This document shows, piece after piece, positions 53,370 to 64,000 of a stretch of 64,000 nt of DNA (its first letter is position 1; each line of letters begins with the position of its first letter). The notes below the pieces were generated by a model. It was not told the origin of the DNA, ran no database searches, and saw only the letters and a program-made list of their open reading frames with translations. A program made the position numbers and the translations under genes. The DNA comes from Andalucia godoyi And28. Taxonomy: Eukaryota > Protista > Jakobida. The stretch lies in NCBI GenBank assembly GCA_009859145.1, contig VRVR01000029.1:62001-126000 (forward strand), in the 5' to 3' direction.

Positions 53370-53798
53370 TCCCCAAACCCCTCTCCAACACAAAGGAAGG
53401 AAACAAACTCCCACAAATACAAATAATAATTATGATAATAATGATAATAATCATGAAAACACATCAATAAATTATTAATAATTCACGAAAAATCACAGAA
53501 AAACACCCATCGAGCTCGCAAACGACTGCAGTTTCACAGCTCGCTCCAATCTTCCATTTCACAACGTCGACTGTAGTTGTGAGAAGGGGGGGCGAAGAAT
53601 ATAAGTGTTTCGCTCTTTGGTCCTCTTTCCTTGTTATCTATCATTCTGCACCTTCTTTCATACTCAACGTTTCAGAGAAGGGGGGAGAGCACATTTTATT
53701 ATTATATATACATATATATTTGCTTTGGGGCCCTGTGTTGACGAAGGAAGGCGTTTTTGTTGCTGCTTTGATCTGCTAGAAGAGGGTTTAAGGGCGGA

Positions 53799-56552
53799 AT
53801 GGGGTATCCGTATGAGCTGTCGACGGTATCCGGTACCATATATTCGAGAGGGACGCCGCTGTTCTTCCCATCTCGCGATACGACTGCGAATGCAAGCTCG
53901 TCAATTTTGTTTTCGATTGTTGGGAATCGGTTGTCTGCAATTGACTGCGTCCGTGGTCACACGCGAGTTGTAGCCTCCTTTTCCGCACGGTCAAATATCG
54001 ACAAGATTGCAGTGTCGGCGTCGCGGAATTTGGTGTTTGTTGCAGATGTTCATGGGCACTGTTCGCTTATATTCATGCCCTCTGGAGCAGAGTTTCCTTC
54101 CTCTGGCGCTCCATTTCCTGCTGTCTTGATCTCGCAGTTTTCCCATGCTCCCCAGGTGAATGCAGCGTCGTTTTCTCCAGATGGAAATATTCTTGCAATC
54201 GCCCAAGGAAGGTCTGTGCACCTGTGGGCGCTTCCAAGCAATGACCGATTGCTCTTTGAACGCGAATTTGCTCCTTTGCAGCGACAGTACGTATTGACTG
54301 GGTTCAGTGGAGATGTGAGTTGCGTCTCCTTTTCAGAGTGTGGGAGATTCGTTGCTGCCGGTGGAGCAGATTGCTCTGTTCGTGTGTGCCCGGTGCTCAA
54401 TTCTGCAAAGATGGGCAAGGGGAAGCGAAGCACGCAGCATCGAGTTCTTGTCGGACACAAGTCAGTCGTTGTTGGCGTCTTTTTCGATACAAAGTCGTCG
54501 GAAAGAGTGTACTCGGTTTCAAGAGACGGTACGTTGTTGCTCTGGGACTATGAACGAGGGTCATATACCGTCAAATCAAGGTATTATTTCAACCGTGCAT
54601 CAACATTTGTAACGAGTTGTGATTTTTCTCCTGTGAACCGTGTGCTTTCTGTTGGATTTTCGGATGGTGTCTTTGGTGTTTATGATTTATCGATGCTCGC
54701 AAATGGAATGGCAGCCGCACCTGTTGTTCTGTCGCTTCTTTCGGCAGTAGGCGAGCATGACACTGCTGGCCCTTGCTTTGTTTCGTGTTCAAGGCCAAAG
54801 GGAGAGTGGATTTCCGTCGGAATACCGCATCTTGGATGCATTTTCGTCTGGGAATACGGCTCTGAAACGTTCGTATTCAAGCAAAGATCGCATCCTCTTC
54901 ATTCAGTTTCCTGTGGCGCGTTTTCCCTGGACGGCACGCTTTTGGCGACTGGCGATGAATCCGGGGAGGTGAAGGTCTTTTCGCCGTACACTGGATTCTG
55001 CATTACCTCTTTTGCAAGTCATGAAACCAATGTTTCTGGAGGGAAAGTCGCTGCAGTGTGCTGGTCTTCGTCCAACGCACTGTTTGCTGCAGGCGCAGAT
55101 GGAGTTATCCGTGCATTCGATCCGTTGCGGTATCGAGAATTTCGTCGATTTGAATCTCCTCACAAGACCCAATTCACCAGCATTGATGTTGATCCGTCAG
55201 GCGAGTTGATAGTCGCAGGTGGGCAGTCTCCCACTGCATCTGCCGAAGAAGCATTTCTCGCTTATGTTTGGGAAATTCGGACAGGCAGGTTGGTTGAATC
55301 CCTTGCAGGACATCAGTCTATTGTGACTGACGTGAAGTTCTCTCCAAAAGGCGACCAGGTTGCGACATGTTCGCTGGATAAGACTGTTCGGATTCACAAG
55401 TTGGCCTCGGATACTCGGGAGACCCTGGATCACACCAAAGAAGTGCTGAGCATTGCGTGGAGACCAGATGGCAAGTACATTGCGTCGACGTGCCTTGGCG
55501 GATTTATCCAAGTCTGGGATGTGGAAAAATCCGAGCTGCTTGCGAATGTCGAAGGGACTCGGGATATCCCAACGGGGAAACTTCGCGGCGATCGGAAGAT
55601 GAATCATGCGTTTGACTCCATTGCATACTCGACGGACGGCAACAGTGTTGTTGCAGGAGGTCGATGCAACTATGTCTGCGTGTACGCGATACACGGACCT
55701 GAGCAGCCGACGCTGCTTCGTCGATACACTCTGTCATCGAATCGATCGATCGACGGAGTTGTTCACAAGCTGAATTCAAAACGGGATATTTCGGGGATAT
55801 CAGATGGTTTCGACGTGTATGACGAGGATGACGTTCGGAATGACCTAAAGAGAGACCTGGAAGGTGCACGAGGACTGAACACCGGTATGCACGGGAAAAA
55901 AGTGACTGGTGTGTTTTCACATTTGAATGACGAGAAGAAGAAGCGCGGCATTATGAGAACGAGGGCTATCTTAGTGTCGCCTGCCGGTGACTCTTTTGCT
56001 GCGGTGACAGTGGAAGGCATCCTGATGTACTCTCAGGAAGCGTATGTCGTGTTTGATCCGCTTTCGCTGGAGCTGGGACTGACACCAGATATGGCGCGTT
56101 TAGCTCTCGAGCAGGGATTTTTTGGAAAGGCTTTGCTGATGAGTTTGCGCCTGTCGATTCCCGAACTTGTAAACGAGGTCATGGACCGGATACCTGCGTC
56201 GCAGTTGCGATTCTGCCTCAGCCAGATTCCGACAAAGTTCGCCGTGGAATTGCTTCCGCAGATTTCTCGGCGGATCACTGAGCAAAATGTTGTTGTTCCG
56301 ATGGAAAAACTCCTCGTGTGGACGTCTTCTCTTTTTGATTCTCATGGAAGACTATTCCATGCGATGATGATGCGGGATCGAGAGGACTTTATTGCTCGCG
56401 TTCAGCCGAAAGTCCGTGAGTTGTTGCGTGCTGCAATGCGTGTTCGCGGTGATATTTGCAGTCTTACGGATTCGAACAAGTATTCCCTGCGTTTTATTTC
56501 AGATGCTCGGAAGCGTACTCAGAGTGAATCGGAGACCTTGAAGCTCGAGTAG
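53799..56552 (+). CDS. PWP2: Periodic tryptophan protein 2 (UTP1), SSU processome
   Basis: YELSTVSGTIYSRG N-terminus, multiple WD40 repeats, LRRYTLSSNRSIDGV, AVTVEGILMYS and VFDPLSLELGLTP (Utp12 domain). Confidence 0.95.
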   Translation: MGYPYELSTVSGTIYSRGTPLFFPSRDTTANASSSILFSIVGNRLSAIDCVRGHTRVVASFSARSNIDKIAVSASRNLVFVADVHGHCSLIFMPSGAEFPSSGAPFPAVLISQFSHAPQVNAASFSPDGNILAIAQGRSVHLWALPSNDRLLFEREFAPLQRQYVLTGFSGDVSCVSFSECGRFVAAGGADCSVRVCPVLNSAKMGKGKRSTQHRVLVGHKSVVVGVFFDTKSSERVYSVSRDGTLLLWDYERGSYTVKSRYYFNRASTFVTSCDFSPVNRVLSVGFSDGVFGVYDLSMLANGMAAAPVVLSLLSAVGEHDTAGPCFVSCSRPKGEWISVGIPHLGCIFVWEYGSETFVFKQRSHPLHSVSCGAFSLDGTLLATGDESGEVKVFSPYTGFCITSFASHETNVSGGKVAAVCWSSSNALFAAGADGVIRAFDPLRYREFRRFESPHKTQFTSIDVDPSGELIVAGGQSPTASAEEAFLAYVWEIRTGRLVESLAGHQSIVTDVKFSPKGDQVATCSLDKTVRIHKLASDTRETLDHTKEVLSIAWRPDGKYIASTCLGGFIQVWDVEKSELLANVEGTRDIPTGKLRGDRKMNHAFDSIAYSTDGNSVVAGGRCNYVCVYAIHGPEQPTLLRRYTLSSNRSIDGVVHKLNSKRDISGISDGFDVYDEDDVRNDLKRDLEGARGLNTGMHGKKVTGVFSHLNDEKKKRGIMRTRAILVSPAGDSFAAVTVEGILMYSQEAYVVFDPLSLELGLTPDMARLALEQGFFGKALLMSLRLSIPELVNEVMDRIPASQLRFCLSQIPTKFAVELLPQISRRITEQNVVVPMEKLLVWTSSLFDSHGRLFHAMMMRDREDFIARVQPKVRELLRAAMRVRGDICSLTDSNKYSLRFISDARKRTQSESETLKLE

Positions 56553-57394
56553 CAAAAACAAAACAGAAAAAAAGAATGAAACTTGGCTTCTTAATCGAAA
56601 TTAATCGGCTTTACTCGTAGAATCGGTTTCTTTGGGTCTGTAAATTAGGGGCACACCCATTTAAACGAATGTAGGAATTCCAAGAAACGGGGTGGCGTGA
56701 AATGTCCGGCAGAACCAGTGTTGCGGAGCTAAAGTAAAAAGAAATGTGCTCAGATTTTACTACGAATAGAGAGAGAGAGAAAGTGCAACAAGAAGGGGAA
56801 AGAGCGAGAGGAGAAGAGAAAAGATCCGACTACGGTTGCCACAGCAGCCGCTCTCGGAGCGCAGCTTTCACCACCCTGCACCATCGGGTTCCGAAAATGT
56901 GCAAGTATGAAACCGACAAAACAGACAAACCGGCAACGTGTAGCGAAGTGTGAGGAGGATGTGATGCCAAATAAAAAAGGTGAAATATCAAAATACGAAC
57001 ACAGCAGTGCTTTATTCAATATTTTATTTGACACAACGAAGTCCAAGGTGAAGTGGGAGGAAGGAAAAGGGAATGGGTTCAACAAACAAAAATCCAAGGG
57101 ACGAGAGACAGCGGATAACAGACAAAAGGGAAAAGGAAAAGAGAGAAACGGAAAGGGGAAAAAGAAGACCGGTTTGGGGAATTGCTGGAATGTCTGAATT
57201 GAATTTTATGAAAGCGCCCTTACAGTTATGGTAAATTGTACATGGTGACAGAGTGTGTGGGCTTGCTGAATTCAGGACTTGTGTCTCACGTTTCTAAAGA
57301 ACATTAAATATAAAGGCAGGCAAAAAGATAAAACGAAAACAAAAACAACAACAAAGAAGGGTGGAGGTGGAAAGTATCCACGTTATCATCCACT

Positions 57395-59713
57395 CTATTG
57401 GTTCATCGACGGATATCCAAACCCGGGAGGTGGCGCAGAGGACCCGAAGAATGTCGGCGTTCTCGCAAAGGAATGTGTGGAAGAACCGGGGAGCTCAAGA
57501 AACGCTGATGGTGACAGAATCTTCGGCGTCGTTGCGGAAAAGAAAGACGGCCCCGGGAAATTGGAAGGTGTTGTCGCAAAATACGACGGCGTGACAGCAC
57601 TAGGAGCCGCAGAATCAGAGGGCATGAACCCACTCAACAGGTTTGACGATGAATTTCCATGACCGAAGCCGATTGTGCTTGATCCATAGAATCCGCTTGG
57701 GGCAACCATAGCAGGAATCGGTCGATTCCTGGAGTCGCCATCATCTTCCGCAAGTCTGCTTCTCTTTGCAGCAGGGCCTTCTGCAGACGGAGTAATGGCA
57801 GAGTCCTGATATCCCTGGGTCTGCTGAGACTGCCCTTGCCCTTGCCCTTGCCCTTGCCCTTGCCCTTGCCCTTGACCATGTTGTGAAATATGCGTCTGCA
57901 CATGTGCCTGAACCTGGGCTTGCGCTTGCGCTTGTGCTTGGGCTTGTGCTTGTACCTGTGCCTGCAACTGCGACTGCAACTGCGACTGCAACTGCGACTG
58001 CAACTGCGACTGTAACTGCGACTGCAACTGCAACTGTGATTGCAACTGAGACTGATGTCCTTGCACAATGGCTCCACCACCACCACCACCATGAATCAGC
58101 GCAGCGGCAGCGCCAGATGGATCCGCAACCTGGATCCGCAGCGTTTCAAATCCTCGCTTCTTCTTTCTCGCAGCTGCAGTCTGCGCATTATCATCGCCGG
58201 TGCGTGAACTGGCGCTACCAGGATCCGACGGCGAAGGACCCGAAGATTCTCCAGACGCTGAAGTACTGTGAGTGTTCACCGTGTGTTGCGGCGAAATCAT
58301 ATTATGATGATGTCCCATGCTTGCGCTAGATCCAGGCATCGCCATATTATTGTTCCCGCTGACCATACTATTATGTGCACTCATCATCAAATGTTGCATT
58401 TGCTGAATGTTCTGCATGTTTGCAGCGCTAGAATGCTGAGTAACAGGGCTGATTGATTGCGTCGATCGTTGATCCTGTCCACTGTTCCCTTGGTCCTTTC
58501 CAGCCAGCGCAAAGACGTCAGTAGGGCCTGAAGTTTGGACAGTCGCCGGAGGAACCAACGGCGTTTGCGGAGGCTGTCCATTGCTTGTCGGTGTAGATTG
58601 CACAAACGTCTGAAAGCCGCCCCATGCATGCGCCGGGAAGGTATTGGCGGCATACCCAAGCGGAGTGGTTCCCGTTGGGCCACTAACAAAACCATGGGTT
58701 GGCGTCGTTCCGGCTCCAAGGTAATCAAAGTATCCTCGCATGGGAGTTCCTGCCATTCCGGGAAACACTCCTGCATATCGCATTCCATTCGTCGGCGTCC
58801 GTCCCTGGCCGCTCTGCCCACTTCCACTCCCGGCAGTTGCGGAAGCTGCTGCTGCTGCTGCTGCTACTGCCGCCGCCTGTGCCTGAGCCTGCACCTGAGC
58901 ATGCGCTTGGGCCTGAGCTTGTGCTTGTGCTTGTGCTTGTGCTTGTGCCTGGGCTTGCTGAGTGGAATACAGCATGTGGTTCACCGTCATTGCAAACGGC
59001 ATGCGATGTGGCCCCAACTGTTGTGCAAACCCACCAACAGGAGTCATTCCCGTGGACCCAACAGCCTGTGAAAACATTGTGTTTGTATTGCCAAGGCTGC
59101 TGTTCCCAGAAGAGCTATTTGGATTGCTGGACACCAAAGAATTGCTACCTGCATTTGTGATCATGCTGCCTTGCGAAACGCCTGTGTGACCCTGTTGGCT
59201 TGCATGAGACTGTGAATTGGAGCTGGAATGAGACTGTGAGTGAGAAGGAAGCAAGTGTGCAAACTCGGGATTACCGGCCTGTAAATCCTCGTTGCATTTG
59301 TACTCGTGGGGCTCCACTGAGCCATCCAGCCCGCGCGCAACAACCGCTTCAAAGTCCTTGTTTGATGCAAACTTGAACATTTTTCCCTGTTTGTTGAAAA
59401 TCACAAGCGCAATATCACACTCGCACAAAATCGACAACTCCGACGCCTTCTTCATCAGCCCGTTCTTCCGCTTCAGAAAGGTAATCGAAGCCGAACGATC
59501 ATCATCAATCTTCTTGATCACAATCTTTTTTCGCCCAATACTCTCATCATACACCAGCCGCTCCGAATTACTCATCGCGTTGTTGTTGTTGTTGTTGTTG
59601 TTGTTACTCCCATTCCCATTCCCATTGTTGTTATTCCCATTGTTGTTGTTGGAAGACGAAGTATGACCTCGAGCATCCAACGAATCATTGGAATCCGAAC
59701 GACTAATGTTCAT
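57395..59713 (-). CDS. MADS-box transcription factor (MEF2-like) with long Q-rich tail
   Basis: GRKKIVIKKIDDDRSASITFLKRKNGLMKKASELSILCECDIALVIF, followed by N-, QA-, QSQL- and QG-repeat tracts. Confidence 0.92.
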   Translation of the reverse strand: MNISRSDSNDSLDARGHTSSSNNNNGNNNNGNGNGSNNNNNNNNNAMSNSERLVYDESIGRKKIVIKKIDDDRSASITFLKRKNGLMKKASELSILCECDIALVIFNKQGKMFKFASNKDFEAVVARGLDGSVEPHEYKCNEDLQAGNPEFAHLLPSHSQSHSSSNSQSHASQQGHTGVSQGSMITNAGSNSLVSSNPNSSSGNSSLGNTNTMFSQAVGSTGMTPVGGFAQQLGPHRMPFAMTVNHMLYSTQQAQAQAQAQAQAQAQAQAHAQVQAQAQAAAVAAAAAAASATAGSGSGQSGQGRTPTNGMRYAGVFPGMAGTPMRGYFDYLGAGTTPTHGFVSGPTGTTPLGYAANTFPAHAWGGFQTFVQSTPTSNGQPPQTPLVPPATVQTSGPTDVFALAGKDQGNSGQDQRSTQSISPVTQHSSAANMQNIQQMQHLMMSAHNSMVSGNNNMAMPGSSASMGHHHNMISPQHTVNTHSTSASGESSGPSPSDPGSASSRTGDDNAQTAAARKKKRGFETLRIQVADPSGAAAALIHGGGGGGAIVQGHQSQLQSQLQLQSQLQSQLQSQLQSQLQSQLQAQVQAQAQAQAQAQAQVQAHVQTHISQHGQGQGQGQGQGQGQGQSQQTQGYQDSAITPSAEGPAAKRSRLAEDDGDSRNRPIPAMVAPSGFYGSSTIGFGHGNSSSNLLSGFMPSDSAAPSAVTPSYFATTPSNFPGPSFFSATTPKILSPSAFLELPGSSTHSFARTPTFFGSSAPPPGFGYPSMNQ

Positions 59714-60586
59714 ATCTGTGTGTGCGTGCGAATGTGTTGTTCAGGTTGTTGGATTCTTGTAATTTGCGACCAATATTCGAAAGAAACAACACAAACTAAC
59801 AAAACAGAAATCAACCAAACACACAACAACAACACCAGTATCGATAATCCTATATAAAAATAAAAGAAAAAAGAAACAGGATTCCAGTTATCACCCAAGC
59901 GACAAAGCGACAAGGCGACAAGGCGAACACAGAAGGCGAACTCGGAAGAGAAAAACCCAAGGAAAAGAAAACCGTGTAGAATGACAGAACTTCAGGACTG
60001 TGTGGGAAAATGCAAGAGTGCAAGAGTGAAACGTGTACAACGATGAAATGATTAGCAAAAGATGAATATTCAACTGGAAAAAACGAATGATAAATATAGA
60101 TGGGGAAATGATGAAGAAGAAGAGGAAACGAGAAGACAGAGAAGAAAAGAGAATCGAATCGGATCGAATGGGATCGAATGGAATGGAATAAAAGTGTGAA
60201 CTGTGAAGAAGCGGTCTCGGCAATTAATGGAAAAACGCCTTTTGTCCGGTATTTGTCGTTGATGTGTTGTGTTCGGCGATTTTTTCAGAGGTGAAAAAAA
60301 AACGGGGGATATGTTGAGATCTGAGAAGGTTTTGAGAACGGACTGCTTCTCATAAGGGATGAGAGGGGGGAACTGGATTTTGTTTTCTGCTCTTGTTAAC
60401 CCTTACCCCTATTTTTTACCCGCCCAAATTTATATATATATATATATATATATACATTGTACTGTATTGCCAGCTGCCATTAACGACCAATTGGTTTTTA
60501 GGAGTTCTTTTTTTCTTTGACTTTATTGTGAGGGTTGCAGACAATCGTACACAGACTTGCTTCAACAAAGTACGCCGCAGTACAGA

Positions 60587-61577
60587 ATGGAACACTCGGT
60601 CCATGCTTCTCATTGGACACATGGGGAACGCAGGAGCCGAGAAAACCTGGTCTTTACAGTTCTCTTGGTCGGCGAGGTTGGCTCTGGAAAATCATCCCTC
60701 GCTTCTGCCTTTCGATCCTTTTCGTCGACGACCAACATCCAGTTCGAAATGTATGTTGCCTCTCTCTCTCTCTCTTTCTTTCTTTCTCTCTCTCTCTCTT
60801 TCTTTCTTGCTTGCTCTCTCTCTTTCTCTCTCTCTCTCTTTCTTTCTTGCTTGCTTGCTTGCTCGTTCTGTGCCCCCGGACGTCATGAACTCATTCCAGT
60901 CTTCTTCTTTTGCTTCTTTTTTGGTCCTTTGTTCTTTCTCCAACAATCATGCAGTGTTACTTCAGAATCGTATCCATTGCCAAAAGATACACGGCTGGAT
61001 CGTATAGATTTGATTGTCTTCCTCGCAAATCTGACTGCTCCATCCACTCTTTCCTCTGTTTCTGCCTGGATCAAAGCGACCGATCCGCTGTTTCTTATTG
61101 GAAGATGCATTGTGTTTGCTACTCACTGTATGTTTTCTGTGGATGCCTACTGGTTTGATTCTGCTGCATTCGCCTGTTCAACTGGAATAGCTAATGAATT
61201 TTGTTGTTTTCGTTTTTTTCCGTGTTTACTTCGTTTTTGTTCTTGCTATAGCGGATCGTGTGACTGAATACGCTTTCAGACCTTCTGAGTTGGAACTCAT
61301 CACTGATACATGCGATCTTGTACCAATGCATGTGAATTTAGCTCTGCAAGCCGAAATCGATCGAGTTGTAAAGATAATTGGAATGCGATGCCTACGAGTC
61401 TGTGGGCATTACGCGGACTATGAAACTCCGAATTCAAGGTGTACTGCAAGCAACTGGAGAATGCCAGTAACATCCAGCGTGCTCTTCTCCACTCTGGACT
61501 CTGCCTTTGTAACTCAGACCAGAGCTCAGCCGCCAAGCTCAATGGACATTCTTGGGCCTGCTTCACAACCTTCCTAG
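60587..61577 (+). CDS. CENPM: Centromere protein M, three exons (60587-60750, 60955-61127, 61252-61577)
   Basis: Two GTATGT...AG introns give a continuous frame. SYPLPKDTRLDRIDLIVFLANL and DPLFLIGRCIVFAT match CENP-M (human SLPLP...RIDLIVFVVNL, DASFFLGKVCFLAT). Confidence 0.85.
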
Positions 61578-61600
61578 ATGAACTCTCGGCGTCACAGGCT

Positions 61601-61998
61601 CGGCGAGTTTCTTACCGTCGTCAAGTCGAGAATTTCTTCATTCTTCACTTTTTTTTTCTTTCTATTATTTCCTGTTCTTGCTGAGCAAGCTGATGATCAA
61701 TCACGAAGATGTGATCGATTTGCGTTCGCAGTGCGCCTTTTCAAGTCAAAGAACAAGAAGGAACAAAGGCAGTTGCGTCGTTGGCGCAATGTGCAACACC
61801 ACCGACCACATTCTGCTTCCTCCAGCGTTCAATTTTAAATGCTGAATCGATTGGGGGAATATACTGGTTGCGATGACCTTTGACTGCATGGAAGAGTTAG
61901 TGTTCGTCCCAATTAAAATAAAAACATGTGGCTTGGATCTGTCTTCGGCGACAGCTTAGCCGATGATGACCAATAATGATTCATACTTTGGCGAGCGG
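61601..61998 (-). mobile_element. Dispersed repeat, family 3, copy H
   Basis: Collinear homology with 15415-15744 starting at CCG. Internal MQSKVIA/NQYIPP...RW...VVGG weakly resembles an IS607 TnpA HTH. Confidence 0.58.
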
Positions 61999-62171
61999 TA
62001 TCCACCTACTTTATTATATTTTATGCGGAAGAAACCAGCATCAGTGTTTGTACAGGTAAAGAATAGCACATTCCCCCCTCCCCCTATTGAACGGCTCGTC
62101 GTCTTCGCCTGCCTGCTCATGATATAATGTTCTGTACTCATTGTTGACGCATCACAAGGCAATGGGGATTA

Positions 62172-62318
<147 letters not shown>

Positions 62319-62592
62319 ATCTTCCGCTGACTGCTGTCAGTCATTCGAAAAAGAAACCCCCTCCTCCAATCTTCAAAACCTCCCAAATCAACTCCAACAC
62401 CAGCCGTCAAAGAGCAGTACTTCCGCTGGCTCTGCTCTTTCCCGGCAGAAAAGCCACTGTACGAACATGGCGGTGCGGAAAAGGCGCAAAAGTCCGAAAA
62501 GCGCTGCTGCTGGGATTTCTTCATTTCACTCGTTCTTCTGCTGCACCAGTGTTTTATTTTGGCCATTGGGCAGCATCCATCCATGACTATTC

Positions 62593-64000
62593 ATGAATCA
62601 TAATTTGCTGATTGTATGTCGTGCATGGAGTGAAGCCTTTGTTCCACTTTATGCAACTCTGAATCGCAACAGCAGCAATGAGTCCAAACACACAGCAACA
62701 TCAAACGGTTGCGAAATGGACGTGTTTTCGTATCCGTCTTTCGAATATGCGTTGTGCGGTCCCATGTGTGCCCGAAGTAATGCGGATGCTGTTTTCAAAC
62801 CGTGCACATGGATCAAGACGGAGAAGGCCAAGAGCGTGCACATCGAGTTCCCGCAGGTTCCGCTTTCTTGGGCGGAAATCTTCATGCAAGTACGCGAAAT
62901 GGTGCTCAGATCGACTGCTTCAGAGGGAAAGCTAGTGGACCTTGTCATTTTTGCGGACGATGAGTTCAATCAGATTTTGGAATGTTCTTCGCAGAATGTT
63001 TCGCCGAGTACCGTGTGCCACATAATAGAGGCGGTGGAAGCGGCGAGAAGCAGAGGCGGTGCGTGCTTTTCTCAGGGAATGAGCGATTGCTGGAGAGGAA
63101 TACTCCCGGTCAAGGATTTTAGCCACTTTTTGAGGTTTTCCGAATTGAGTGAGCTGCCAAGAGTGTCCTTTGCAGTCAGTCGTGACTTGGTTCCATTCGA
63201 GGAGACGGTGTATTCCACGTATCAATCTCCAAAGGTTTCCGTATCTTGGGACTCGAGGTTCGTTCTGTCGGACGAGATTCTCTTCCTCAAAGTACGCAGC
63301 TCTCACTACAGGACAATAGAACAGACAGCATCGTTTATTCCAATCGACGACCCAAGGAAACCACGGCTGGTTATCGATTGGCATGCCGTAATTTCACTGA
63401 ACAGACTTCCGTTTTGGGCCTATTCAGGCGTGAGCATTGATTTGCTGACGCTGGAGCCTGAATCTGCTTTTGGAGAGCTTGTGAGAAGCGATCGTTTCCG
63501 AAATCAGTTTCTTGTTGGACGGACTCTTTTTCAGCCTCTGCCGAAGCTGCAGAACGCAGGACAGGCGGCCAGTGTCCTTGGAGTTCCCGGAGAGCTGAAC
63601 GCCGTCTTTTCAATCGCGTCATTTTTTGTTGCGTTTCCTAGCCCAAGCGCCACAAGTGTGAAAATTCTTGTGTTCAATCCTCTTTTTCTACAGAAAAGAT
63701 TTTTGAGCCTGAAGTCCAATGTGCTTCCATTTGTTCGCAGTATGGGGGATTTCTGGTCTGTATCAAACTGCTGCGGACCATCTTCAACATCCGATCCAGT
63801 CGGATTAAAGGGACGCTTTGAGACGAACATTTTGAAGTCCTCTGCAGATCCCGAAGTGCAGATCGTGCTGCCTCCGCGGATTCTTGGTTCCAAAAGGTTG
63901 CCGTTGCCGTTTTCGTTTCATCAAGATCCTTTTATGTCTCTGGATGATCCCTTGACAACAGCCGATTCTGTGACTTTCAAAAAAGAGAGTGAAGAAACTG
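62593..64000 (+). CDS. Hypothetical protein, open to the window end (absent from the ORF track)
   Basis: Manual translation shows no stop from ATG 62593 (MNHNLLIVCRAW...) to 64000, about 469 codons. An upstream exon near 62340-62580 is possible. No domain recognised. Confidence 0.6.
   Translation, partial: MNHNLLIVCRAWSEAFVPLYATLNRNSSNESKHTATSNGCEMDVFSYPSFEYALCGPMCARSNADAVFKPCTWIKTEKAKSVHIEFPQVPLSWAEIFMQVREMVLRSTASEGKLVDLVIFADDEFNQILECSSQNVSPSTVCHIIEAVEAARSRGGACFSQGMSDCWRGILPVKDFSHFLRFSELSELPRVSFAVSRDLVPFEETVYSTYQSPKVSVSWDSRFVLSDEILFLKVRSSHYRTIEQTASFIPIDDPRKPRLVIDWHAVISLNRLPFWAYSGVSIDLLTLEPESAFGELVRSDRFRNQFLVGRTLFQPLPKLQNAGQAASVLGVPGELNAVFSIASFFVAFPSPSATSVKILVFNPLFLQKRFLSLKSNVLPFVRSMGDFWSVSNCCGPSSTSDPVGLKGRFETNILKSSADPEVQIVLPPRILGSKRLPLPFSFHQDPFMSLDDPLTTADSVTFKKESEET

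Noticed and set aside
57833-58045. Regular 6- and 12-nt tandem repeats that could suggest an array
   Set aside because: In-frame codon repeats inside the MADS ORF (QG, QA, QSQL) with no unique spacers, so not CRISPR-like.
62932-63384. Minus-strand 150-aa ORF (and neighbours 62649-62969, 63531-63893)
   Set aside because: They overlap a much longer stop-free + strand frame and are most likely antisense shadows.

Overview
Compact, intron-poor eukaryotic (protist) nuclear DNA with about 29 protein genes, mostly single-exon, short spacers and many (GA/TC)n and (AAT)n microsatellites. Gene density and content fit a free-living discoban such as a jakobid; this is inference and the taxon is not proven. 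Recognisable genes: monopolin CSM1, GDP-mannose 3,5-epimerase, a KP-43-type subtilase, a GT2 glycosyltransferase, NDUFA11, NSA2, SAC3/GANP, NDUFA13, a YeeE/YedE transporter, prolylcarboxypeptidase, a SEL1-repeat protein, a cNMP + nucleosidase-fold fusion, VIT-vWA, MTFP1, a CRT-like transporter, a CTL transporter, SPC25, a probable Treslin, a PPR protein, PWP2, a MADS-box factor and CENP-M. The main hidden signal is in the spacers. At least eight degenerate, internally deleted elements are present, six with recognisable OMEGA pieces. Two families are IS607/Fanzor2 elements with pieces of TnpA serine recombinase and Fanzor2 RuvC, one is a related unclassified family, and one is Fanzor1-like. All six mappable left junctions begin with CCG. 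Two copies keep a structured right end with hairpins and a possible pseudoknot, as expected for an omega/fRNA scaffold, followed by a flank-derived guide. No intact Fanzor ORF, tRNA, rRNA or CRISPR array was seen in this window.
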